Assembly: GCF_009914755.1 (NCBI RefSeq)
Contig: NC_060925.1
DNA length: 64,000 bases
Reading direction: 5' to 3' (one strand)
From: the human T2T-CHM13v2.0 reference genome, Homo sapiens
This document shows positions 1 through 12,025 of the stretch, piece after piece. The notes under the pieces are model-generated. The model was not told the DNA's origin. It did not search any database and saw nothing but the letters and a program-made list of their open reading frames with translations. The first letter of the stretch is position 1. Each line of letters starts with the position of its first letter. The position numbers and the translations under genes were made by a program.

Positions 1-660
1 TCAAAGAGATATCTGCACTCCCATGCTTGTTGCAGCTCTGCTCACAATATATAAGACTTGGAAACAATCTAAATGCCCATCAACAGATGAACAGATAAAG
101 AAAATGTAGTACATATACACAATGGAGTACTACATATACAGAGTGAAGAACTATTCATCTATAACAAAAGAATTCTGTCATTTGCAACAATATGTTTGAA
201 ACTGGAGATCACTATGGTAAGTGAAATAAGCCAGGTGCAGAAAAACAAACATCACATATTCTTACTTATTTGTGGGATCTAAAACTCAAAATATTTGACC
301 TCATGGACATGGAGAGTAGAAGGATGGTTACCAGAGACTGGGAAGAATAGTGGGGAAGTGTAAAGGGAAGGTGGAGGTGGTTAATGGGTACAAAAAAATA
401 GAAAGAATGAATAAGACCTGCTATTTGATAGTGTAACAGGTTGACTATGGTCAATAATAACTTGATTGTACACTTAAAAATAACTAAAAGAGTATAATTG
501 GATTGTTTGTAACACAAAGGATAAATGCTTGAGTGATAGACACCCTATTTCCTATGATGTGATTATTGTGCATTGCATGTCTATATCAAAACATCTCATG
601 TACCCCATAAATATATATGCCTATGTCCCCAAAAAATTAAATATAAAAAATGTCAAATAA
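1..660 (+). mobile_element. LINE-1 3' end (L1MA-type), truncated by the window edge
   Basis: End of ORF2 and 3'UTR motifs (gatatctgcactcccatg, ggagagtagaaggatggttaccagag, atcaaaacatctcatgtaccccataaat), followed by an A-rich tail. Confidence 0.9.
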
Positions 661-3600
661 AAAATATTTTAATTAATTACTGGATGTTGAGTGTGAACTA
701 CCACAAGTGTGAGAGAGTGTTGGGAGCCTCAAGCTTAAGAGAAACTCACACTTTCATTTCCTGTCTGAAGTGACACCAGATTCTCCCAGTGAAAATCTGA
801 GAAAGCTGCCATTCTAAATATAGCCTAGTGAGGACAGAAGCAATCATTGTGAAACCTGCTAAGTGTCGTCTACATGAGAAAACCATTTCCCAGGGGGAAC
901 GAATTTATCAGAGCCTTGTTCCAGGACCACGAGGGAAAGCCATTTGTTCTAGCCTCTTCTAGTCTTTCTGTCTGAACAGGTATGGGTGGCTTAGATGGAA
1001 AGATGGGAAGCTGTTTAAGAAGAAACATATTTGAAGGTCACAGTCAGAAATACAAATCCACTAAAAGGCTAAGACTTAATTGAAAGATTGTAAGTTGTTT
1101 TTCCTCTCATCATCTCACCAATAGGGCATCAGCATAATACTGAATTGCCACTTAAAAAGTTGCAATACATAGACTTTCTTCTCTAAGTAGAATAATTTAG
1201 TGAGTCTAGAAGATGGAAACAAAAATACCAGAGAAATGTGAAGACATTACCACTTCTACCTATAGCAAACATTAAACAAAGCCCAACACATAGCCACATA
1301 AACCAAAGTCCCATTTAATTCACTTTCTATTTCTTAGTACAACACATCCGGTTTTCCAAAATCAACAACAACAACAAAATGACAAGTCACACCAAAAGGC
1401 AAGGGAAATCATATTCTGAGGTGAAAAAGCTGTAATCAGAACTACCAGTACAGCAAACATTAAGAACAGCTCAAATCCTAACCATATTAACAAAGAACCT
1501 CACACTAGATGCCTATTACTTTAATTTATATTACCTGATACATTGTATCCAGGTTTCAACTAAGAAATATGAGTCCTGCTAAACGGGAAAAGGAAAACAC
1601 ATTGAATAGAAAAGAAAAGCAGCAGATCCAGACGCAGGTATGAGACAGATTTTGGAATCATCAGACAGAAAATAACCATGATTAATATGCTGAGGTCTCT
1701 AATGTAAAAAAAAAAAAAAAGACAACTTACAAGAACAGATGAGTTATAAAATCAGGTAAATGAAACAAAAAAAGAATCAAAATGAAATAATATAAATGTT
1801 TAAAAACTGGAAGAGAAATGAAGATGCTTTTGATAGGCTTATAAGTAGATTCAACATGACCAAGGATAGAATCAGTATGCTTAAAGACAGGTCAGTAGAA
1901 ACTCCAAACTTAATTGCAAAGAAAAAGCAGCTTAAGAAAAAGAAGAGAATATCCAAGGACTGCGGGAAATTTTCAAAAGGTTTAATGCAGAGGTAACTGG
2001 AATACAATGCATTGAAAAAAAGAGATCTCAGCAGAAGAATATTTGCAGTAATAATGGGTGAAATATTTCCAAAAATGACAAATCACTTCAAACCAGAGAT
2101 CCAGGAAATTTGATGAAAATCTGGTGGAATTCATACCAAAAAAAATTTATTCCTAGACATATTATCTTCCAACTACAGAAAACCAAAGACACAGAAAATC
2201 TTGAAGAAACCAAAGGGAAAAAACACTTACCTAAAGAGGAACAAGGATAAGAATTAGAGCATACTTCTTAATAGAAAACTTGCAGCAATAAGAGAATGGA
2301 ATACAATATTTAAAATATTGAAACAAAAAAAAAATCTAGAATTCTATCTCTAGCAAAATTACCTTTCAAAAGTTAATGAGAAGTAAGGGCTTTCTCAGAC
2401 AATAAAAACTAACGGAAATCACTGTCAGAAGACATGTACTGCTAGAAATGTTAAAAGATTTCTTAAGGCAAGAGAAAAAATGATATAATTCCTGATACAA
2501 AGGGTGTTGGATAACGAATAAAGCAAGGTTAAATTATTTTATTTTTATTACTCTTAATTGATGTAAAAGGTAACCATTGTTTAAAGCAATAATAGCAACA
2601 ATATATGGGTAATTATAGCATACGGATAAATGAAATGTTTGACAAGTATATCACAAGGGAAAGGAAGTAGGAATCGGGAATACTCTATTGAAAAGTACGG
2701 CCACCACATGCGAGGGGATTAGTGTTGTTTGAAGGTGGGCTTAGATTAATTAAAAATGTATATTTTAAACACAGTGCAACCACTAAAAAACTTACAAAAG
2801 GAGTATAATTGATACACTAAGAGAAATGATAAAGTGTAACCACTTAAATGCTCAGTAAATTCAGAGAAATAAAAAATAGAAATCGATAAAAAGAAATAAA
2901 TGGAATGAATATAAAATAATTATAAACATGGTAGGTATTAATCCAAATATATAAAATATATCATTTTAAATATTAATGGCCTGAATATACCAATTCAAAG
3001 CCAGAAATTTTCAGAGTAGATAGAAAAAGAAGAGTCAAGTATAATTTATCTTCAAGAAACCCACTATATGTATAAAACTCTGATAAGTTAAAAGAGAGAT
3101 GATGGAGAAAGTTACAACTCTAATTAAAATAAACTTTTTAAAAATTAGCTTTAATTAAAAGAAAGCTCACATATTTACCTAATTTTAGACAGTAAGCCCT
3201 TCAGAATAAAGAAAATTAATAGGAAAAAGGAGGGTCACTACATAATAATAAGAGGAGCTATTCCTTAAGAAGACATAACAATCTTAAACATACGTGCACC
3301 TGGCAATAGGAAGCAAAATATATAGGGCAAAAAATGATAGAACTGAAAGGAGAAATTATAGTTGGAGACTTTAACAACTTCCTCTGTAGCTGATAAATCA
3401 AGCAGACAGAATAGATATGAGGGTGTAGTTGATCTGAATAGCAACATCAACCAATTTGATTGAATAGACATTTTTTGAACAATCCTTACAACAACAGAAA
3501 AATATACATTTCTGTCAAGTTCACACAAAACAAGCAACGAGGTAGACCACATCATAAAGTATAAAACACAACAGAGTTTAAAGAATAAAAGTCATACAAA

Positions 3601-4241
3601 CTTTGCTCTCAGACCACAACTGAATTAAAACAGAAATCCATAACACAAAGATAGCTAAACAATTCCCAAACATTTGGAAATTACACACTTTAAAATATCA
3701 CATGGGTCCCAAAATAAGTCTCAAGAGCAACTAAAAGTATTTGAAACTCATGTGTAATAAAAATACAACTTATTAAAGTTTGGGAGATTCGGTGGAGCAG
3801 TAATTAAAGGAAATTTTATAGCATTAAATGCATAGATTAGAAAAGAAGAAAGATTTAAAATCAATAACCTCTGCTTCACTTGAAGAAATTAGTGAAAGAA
3901 TAGCAAGTTACGTCTAAAGCAAGCAAAATAAAATAAATAAAACATAAGGCAGAATTCAACGAAATTTAATAAAGAAAATCAATAGAGAAAATCAACAAAA
4001 CCAAAACCTTATTCTTTGAAAATGTCAATAAAATTAAACAACTACTAGCCAGAATAACCAAAAAAGGAAGACACAAATTGTTAATAACAGACACAAAGTA
4101 TGAGTCAACACCACTGATCCCACGAAAATTAAAAGAATAATAACGGGATAATCCAAGAAGTCTATAATTCACAAATTTGATCAATTAATTGACCAATTCC
4201 TTGGAAGATTCAAACTTTAAAAATTCTAATAAGAAGAAATA

Positions 4242-4370
4242 AACTGGGTATAGTGGCACATGTCTGTAGTCCTAGCTACACAGGAGACTGAGGCAAGAGT
4301 ATAGCTTGAGCCCAGGAGTTCAAATCTAATCTGGGCAGCATAGTGAGACCTTGTTTCTTGGGGGAAAAAA
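4242..4370 (+). mobile_element. FLAM (fossil left Alu monomer, FLAM_A-like) inserted in L1 ORF2
   Basis: Single Alu arm ctgggtatagtggcacatgtctgtagtcctagctac...cttgagcccaggagttc...ctgggcagcatagtgagacc; no right arm; L1 resumes after the tail. Confidence 0.85.
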
Positions 4371-4612
4371 AGAAGAAAGAAGGAGGAAGAAGAAGGAGAA
4401 CAGGAAGAAGAAGAAGAAGAAGAAGAAGAAGAAGAAGAAGAAGAAGAAGAAGAAGAAGAAGAAGAAGAAGAAGAAGAAGAAGAAGAAGAAGGAGGAGGAG
4501 GAGGAGGAGGAGGAGGAGAAGAAGAAGAAAGAGGAAGAAGGAGAAGAGGAGAAGGAGGAGGAGGAGTTGGTGGAGGAAGGAGGTGGAGGGGGAGGAGGGG
4601 AGGAAGGAGGAG
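4371..4612 (+). repeat. Compound purine microsatellite: (GAA)29 at 4404-4490, (GGA)9 at 4491-4517, then degenerate GAG/GAA
   Basis: Read directly from the sequence. Confidence 0.97.
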
Positions 4613-5235
4613 AAGCCTAAAAGTCATGTATCTTCTAAAGAAATTGAAATAATACTAATATTCTTCTCCCTGAAATAAATAGCAGGCCCAGAGAGTATTG
4701 ATAAAGTTTTAAGGGTAAAATTATAATACATATACAGAATCTCTTCCAAAAAATAGAATCAGAGAGAATACCTCCTAAGTCACTCTTTGAGGTCATCATT
4801 ACCCTAATACCTAAACTAGATAAAAACACTGTAAGAATGAAAAATTACCAACAAAGTATCCAAAGAATTATAAGCATCACAAAGTGAACATTGTTCCAGG
4901 TAAGGCCAGCCTGGTTCAATATTCAAAAATCAAGCAGCGTAATCCACCACATCAACAATCTAAAGAAGAAATATTATATGAGCATATCAATTGATGTATT
5001 AATGTGTATGACAAAATTCAGTAAATATTTATTATAAAAGCATTGAGCAAATTAGAAACTGAGGAGAACTTCCCTAACGTAATTAAAAATATATTAAAAC
5101 AGCTAACATCATACTCATTATACTTCTTGGTAAGAAACTAGACTCTTTTCCTCTATTAAGGTCAAGAACATGGCATCACCCTTCATACTGAAAGTCCTGG
5201 GTAGTTCACTGAGACAATAAAAGGAAATAAAATTA

Positions 5236-5620
5236 AACATCACATGTTCTGACTCACATGTGGAAGCTAAAAAAAGTTGATCTAAAAGTAAGAAGTAGAA
5301 CAGAGGATACTAGAGGCTGTGAAGGGTACAGGGGAAGGCAAGAATAGGGAGAAATTTATTAAAGGATAGAAACTTATAGCTAAATAGGAGAGATGCATTC
5401 TATCATTCTGTATCACTGTAGAATGACTATAGTTGACAATAATATACAGTTTCAAATTGCTAGAAGGAGGATATTAAATGCTCCCAATATAAATAAATGA
5501 TAAATTTTTGAGATGATGGATATGTTAATTACCCTAATCTGATCATTATACATTATGTGTATAATATTTTCATGATGTATCCTGTGAATATATATAATTA
5601 TTATATGTCAGTTAATAAAT
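5236..5620 (+). mobile_element. 5'-truncated L1MA-type 3' end nested in the older L1 ORF2
   Basis: catcacatgttctgactcacatgtggaagctaaaaaaagttgatct...gatgatggatatgttaattaccctaatctgatc; host ORF2 stops at aaggaaataaaa and resumes at ggacacacagattggaaaag. Confidence 0.8.
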
Positions 5621-8600
5621 AGGACACACAGATTGGAAAAGAAAAATAAAACATCTCTAATCACAAACAATAGGTTTGTCTCTGCAGAAATCCAAAGAAT
5701 TTGCAAAAATAAATAAATAAAGACTCCTGGAACTAAAAAAAAAAAAAAAAAGGTATAGAAAGGTCACAGGATAAAAAGTTAATAGACAAAAGTTCATTGC
5801 TTATCTACATATCAACAAAATAGGAATTTGGAATTTTTAAAAATATAATTTACAACAGCATCCCCAAACCCAAAATTCTTAGGTACAAACCTACATGCAG
5901 GAAATTACAAAACACTGATGGAGAAAAAAAATCAAATAAGATCTAAATAAATAAAGACATATGAAACGTTTACGTATTGGAAGACTCAATATTGTTAAGA
6001 TGACAATTATTCAATTCGATCTGTAGATTTAAGACAATTCCAATAAAATATCAGAAAGCTATTTTGTAGACATTAACAAATTTATATTAAATTTATTTTA
6101 AATTTGTGACTGTTGCTCACCTATTAGAAATTCTACAATTCAAAAACTTGAAAATAGCAATCAGTGTTAAAACATGGAGCAACATGTGCTCTTATTCATT
6201 GCTGGTGGGAATGTAAAATGGTAAAGCCACTTTGAAATATAGTTTGAGAGTTTCTTACAAAGCTAAACATAATCTTACCATGAAATACAATCATATGTTC
6301 CTAGTCATTTAACCAACTGATTTGAAAAAAATGTCACCATAAAATCTGCACATGAATGTTTATGGCACCTTTATTCAAAATCTCCAAAACCTGGAAACAA
6401 CCAAGATAGCCTTGAATAGATGAATGGATAAACAAACTGTGGTACATTCATATAAGGGAACATTATTCAATGATTATAAGTAATGTGCTATCAATACATG
6501 AATAAATCTGAAATGCATTTTGCTGAGTGAAAGAAACTAGTCTGAAAAATCTACATACTATGTGATTCCAATTATATGTCATTTTGGCAAAGAAAAAACA
6601 AGAGATAGGAAAAAGATCTGTGGTTCACAGGGGTTCAGAGTAGGACCTAGAGTTGAATAGGTGAAGCACAGGACATTTTTATGGCAGTGAAAGTATTCTG
6701 TACCATACTGTAATAGTGAATACATAACATTTTGCATTCATTAAAAACCCTATAGCTTTATAGCACAAAGAGTGAACCTTAACATATATAAATCTAAAAT
6801 ACATATTTAGCAAATTCGTAGATCTTCAGATGGAATAGAGAAGATGACAAAATAATCTAAATATATTTTAAAAGTATAAAACACCCTAAATATATTTTAA
6901 AAGTGTAAAACACACAAAGATTCTAACCTAATAACTTTAGATATGAATGAAATCTATAAGACTAAAGGCAAAAGTAACTGTACCTAGCACTGTTCTCTAT
7001 TTGGTAAAGTTATTTCCCATTGGCATATGTGTTAGCAATTCTGCAACTCCTGTGCATGGATATTCAAATTGAATGATTAAGTAAATGAACAGCAGATGGT
7101 GAGAGCCAGGTTTCTCGCTGTGGGAATAGGAATACAAGCAAGAAAACGAGGTTAGAATGACCTGTGTAGTAATGAATTAGAGAATCTAATTAACTCGTTT
7201 ACTTTAATATAGATGCAGATGAATATATATACCTGTATGTGTATGTATATCTATTTGTATATGTGCATATAAACATGGACTAATATACATACATATATAT
7301 ATATTTGTTCAGCTTAGAGAGCATAGAAGCAACAAGAACCAAGTAGTAATGAGCACACCTAGTGCACGGATCTTGGTTTTCAATGTCGTTCTCCAATGAA
7401 AAGAACCAGGGCTCCTTGAGAAGATTGTTGATTATAGGAATGGGACAGGAAATATACAAGATGAGCCTAGAGTATCTTGCAGTGCCAGAAAGTATGGAAG
7501 TGCTCAAAAGAGGGGGAAAATGGGGTTTTGTCAAAGGGACCCAGGAGTCAAGTGAAAGAGCTCTTAATGGCCAAATCTGAAACAACTGAGCAAGAAAATA
7601 AGGTAGCATTGGGTTATAATCCAAGCATAAATTAAATACCCATGTGTGCCTCCTGATATTAAAAATGATTGAAAAAATAAATTAATGAGGGAGAACAGAC
7701 AAATTCTGGAGCAAAAGAATTTCAAATTTCAAATAATTTAGGTAATTATTCCACATTTAAGGAGATGAAGCACCACTCCTCACTCCTTAAGTATAAACTC
7801 ATATATAGCAACTTCCTTCCAAAGAGTACACTTCAGAAAGGGAGAAAAAAAGAATTACTTTACAGTGCAGAAACTGAGCAACACTACCCAAGCCACGTGA
7901 TCAAGATTAACATGAAAATTTATGTCAAATTGATAATATGTACCCTAGATATGGTGTGATGAGAATGGTACTGTTCCTCTAAAGTCTTCCTCTCCAAACC
8001 CACAACCACGTACTAATCATGAGAAAAGCATCAAACAAATCTCAGTTGAAGGACATTCTGCAAAATACATGATTAGTGCTCCTCAAACTGTCAAGGTCAT
8101 CAAAAACAAGGAAAGTCTGAAAACTTGTTACAACCAAGAGGAGCTTAAAGGAATATAATGACCAATTGTAATGTGGCATCCTAGATGTCATTTTGGGAAG
8201 GACAGAAAAAAAACTGAAGAAATTTAAATGAAGTATGGACGTGGGTTAATAATAATGTACCAATATCATTTCATGAGTTGTGACCACACTAATTCGAATT
8301 GTTGATTATAGAGAAAACTAGGTAAAGAGAGCAAATACTCTTTCCTGTCTTTGAAATAATTCTGTAAATCTAAGTGGACAGCCCATTCTAATTTTATGCC
8401 AAAAGAAAATACCCACAATCTTTCCAAAACAATTTTTAAAACAAAATTTTTATCCATAAAAACAAAACCAATGTTTGGCACTTTTTGACAGATTCAGTTG
8501 TACGTTGCTTTTTCTCTTTATTTCTTGTATATGAACTATATCATGGGTTTTAGAACAAAATTAACACAGACAAGTAAATGACTTTTGTGCTGTATATTTC

Positions 8601-9789
8601 CGCACATTAATGGCATCATTTGCATGCTAAAGAAATGAAATTTTTATTCTGCTGTGGCCACAAAGGATTAATTTAATGAATTAAATAGAGTTTGGATTGC
8701 CTTCTGAGAGAGAGAAGGTTAAAAGGTACATTTTGCTAAATATTTAAAATCTTTAACCTTTGCGGTATAGATCTTCATGATTTAAAAAAAAAAAAGAATG
8801 ATAGGAACTTAAAGCATAGTTGTATCTTGATTGAAATGTTTTTCTTTTTTAATTTCACAGGTAATCTACATGATTCTTTGAATTAATACACAATATATTC
8901 TAATAATATTATAATTTTTCTATGGAAGGATTTCTAAACATATTTATCAAATTTCTTTTTCTTTTTATCTTTTTCAACCTGAGTGCACAAAGTTTTACAT
9001 ATGTGCAGGTAGCATTAAGATTCTCCTACATGGCTTTTTTCTGCAGTAAGATACGAAAATGTCTTAGAATCCACTATTTCCAATCTTTAAGTGAACAGCC
9101 TTCATGTTTCTATTTAATTACTAATTTGGTCACTTGTGGAAAAATTAGGAAATCTCTTTTAATTTGTGTTCCTTGAACTTCTATATGGATTTATTAGTTT
9201 AACATCTGGTATTCTCATCACAAAGTGTCAAATACAGAGGAAACTCATATACCAGAGGGTTTTAGAAGCAATGAAGCAACAAATAATTTATTTTATTAGA
9301 TATAATTATTTCCCACAGTAAACATATTACAAGAAATCTGTCAAATATGTAAGATGGTTGTGGCATCTCTATAATTATCTATGGTAGTAGTCTGAAAAAA
9401 CATAGATTAAAACAATCTCTTGGTAGGGAAGAAGAAAAATCAGTTTAAGTGGGAAATGATCTTATAAATTGTGTTTTATATTCTTATTCTTGATATAAGT
9501 GCAGGAAAGTATCTAGGGTTCAATATATAATAATAAAGATGAGGATTTTTAGTGATGTATTTTCTTAATCATTAAATTTAATCCAACTAATAATGTTTCT
9601 ATTTAGTATTCCACTTAGCATTTAGAAAAAGGTGGAACATTTTTGAGGTTTAGGAATAAATTAACTTTCCAGATACAAATATATTTTATTTTTTCATTAT
9701 TTTTCTAGTTTTATATTATATATGCATATATGCACATCTACAAAGCAAAGTATTAATTTTTTTAAAAGATAAGCTACACAACATATTGC

Positions 9790-11120
9790 AGCTTCTTATT
9801 ACTCACAATCACAGGTCTTTTCATTACTATCACTCTGGTTCCTCTCTAGGAGTCTTTCGCCAGGAACCTAAAGACCTGAACCTGTAGAAAGCCTTTCCGT
9901 TCTGGCTAGACAGGAGTTGGTTCCTTCCAGAGGGATTACTGTTTCTCTAATCTGACATGGGGCCCCTCTCATAGACCGTTTCTTTTGCCTGCTTTTTCCC
10001 CCCATGTACAAGTCACATTTTTCTGTTCTTCCCATGTCTCATAATTTTTGTTAAAAACTGAATATTTTAGGTGATATATTGTCACACCTCTGAATATTGA
10101 TTTTCATCTTTCTCTCTAGAGTGTATTTTTATTGTTGTTTGCTTGTTTATTTGTTTAGTGACTTGGCTGGAATATTTAAGTGAAGACTATTCTCCCTGCT
10201 GTGTGAAGACTCTGATTTCATTCTTCCCAGGGTATAGCCTCCGCTATGTGCACAGTCCTCATGGGATTACACTTGTTTTAGTAGGGCTCTCTTTGTCTTT
10301 TTTCTGATCTCTGTTAAGCTATCTTGCCTCTATTGGTATTACACCCAACTGTTAAGGCTCCACTAATTGTGAGCTGATTGCTTTATTGTTTTTGACAATG
10401 TCTTGGGGCATAAATTACTCTGCAGTCTGGTCCAATTAAATTTGGGCAGGAATGGGCTTTCAGTACTTTCTTGGAGGTTTGTTTTGACTCTAGAAGGGCT
10501 TTTCTTAGTTGTCTATTTCCCTGGTTGTCTCTGGTAAAATAGCTGGCTTACAGTTTAGCTAGTTTCTCTCATAGAACTAACAGCATCTTCTTAAATGTTT
10601 ATCATCTAAATCATTGTTTTTGAGAGCACTATTAGTCTCTAGGCTGCTGCTCTGGATACTGGGTGGGGGTTGTAGCCTTTGTACTCATTTTGCCTCTCCT
10701 GATATTGAGAGTCTGCCCTATGAGTGAACTAGAGTAAAAGTAATCAGGGCCCTAATATTCTTAGCTTGTCTCATCTGGTTAGAGCTCTATGATTAGAGGC
10801 TGGATAGAGAAATGAAACCCCTAGCAATTCATCCAACAATTTAGCCTCTAAAACTAAAAGTTAGAGGGGATTAGAAATGCTGATGTCCCACACCTCCTAT
10901 CAGATGCCCTGTCCCTTGATAGGAGCTGGAAGGAGGAGAAACACTGTCTTCTTAGCCATACCCACCCAGAATGATGGCCCTTCTGTCAAGCTGAGCTGGT
11001 GGGCGAAGGTCTGGTGAGGGAGTCGAGAGAAGGCAGAAGAAGAAAGTGGATGTAGCTCAAATTTCAGAATAAATGTTTCTTCATTTATTTGTTATATGCC
11101 CTTAGGACAATTTTCAGAAA
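9790..11120 (-). mobile_element. Ancient L1 5'-region fragment (L1MD/ME-like), antisense
   Basis: T-rich sequence with motifs typical of reversed old L1 5' ends (ttcccatgtctcataatttttgttaaaaactgaatattttag; ttgtttagtgacttggctgga). Confidence 0.6.
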
Positions 11121-11609
11121 CTTTAAGTTAGGGGTGTGGTGGAGGCGTGTGAGTGTGTGTACACACACGTACAAATATGGATCCATAAATACATATATAT
11201 ACAGCACTTATTTCACTGGGGAACATTTTATGGGGCTCCACATGTTGCCATTCCAGAAATGGAACCTCTGCTCTTATTATTAGTTTTTGAGTCAGTCTTG
11301 CTAACTATCATAGGTGGTACCTGTATCCTCTAATCATATTCTTTCCTTTAACCATTTCAAGAATAGGGAATTGTAATAGCTCCATCTTGATGTCTGCAGC
11401 TTTGGAGCTTTTCCTTCTCCCTCAAAATTTTCCCAGGAGAACAAGAATCTCAGCCTCCCCAAGGTCTGACTTAAATAGCAAATATGACTTTTAGCAACTT
11501 TCCAATGTTTTAAAATGTAAAAATATGGGCTAATTTTTTTTCTATAGACAGGATATTAAAACCTTTAGCTTATTTTAATGACAAAACATGATTGCCTTAA
11601 TTAATAAAG

Positions 11610-11985
11610 AAAATGTAACATACACAACACAATAAAATATTATTTTGTAATGAATTAGCACTACTAATTTATCATTCAACATGAATAAACCTCAAAACTT
11701 TGTGAAAAGAAACCGAATGCAAAATACTAGATGTTGCATAATTCCATTTATATGAAATGTCCAGAAAAGGCAAATCTATAGACAGAAGCAAATTAGTGGT
11801 TGCCTGGAATTGGGAGAGGGAATGGATATTGACTGGAAGTGGGCACAAGAGACCATTTCGGGATGATGGAAATGTTCAAAAATCGAATTTTGTTGCTGGT
11901 TGCATAATTGTGTAAATTCACTAAAAATCTCTTTAAATGGCTGAATATATAGTATGAAAATTATACCTTCATAGAGCTGTTAAAA
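11610..11985 (+). mobile_element. Old L1 3' end (L1MB7/8 or L1ME1-like)
   Basis: attccatttatatgaaatgtccagaaaaggcaaatctatagacag...ttagtggttgcctgg...gggatgatggaaatgttc. Confidence 0.85.
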
Positions 11986-12025
11986 TATGATTGATGGTGT
12001 CATTTGTCTCTAAAACCTCCATATT

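Larger units (their letters stand above)
670..8375 (+). mobile_element. Ancient long LINE-1 (L1MC/MD-like): 5' region, ORF1 and ORF2 remnants, long 3'UTR; internally deleted and interrupted by younger inserts
   Basis: ORF1-like remnant ~1.6-2.5 kb; endonuclease/RT-like remnants ~2.9-6.1 kb (ttggagactttaac, ctctcagaccacaac, ggaagactcaatattgttaagatg); jump near 6100 to the ORF2 end; 3'UTR motif aaagaaccagggctccttg...caagatgagcctagagtatcttgcagtgccagaaag. No intact ORF. Confidence 0.85.

Noticed and set aside
4226-4678. Poly-S/P, poly-R and poly-K/E ORFs
   Set aside because: Translations of the GAA/GGA microsatellite and the FLAM
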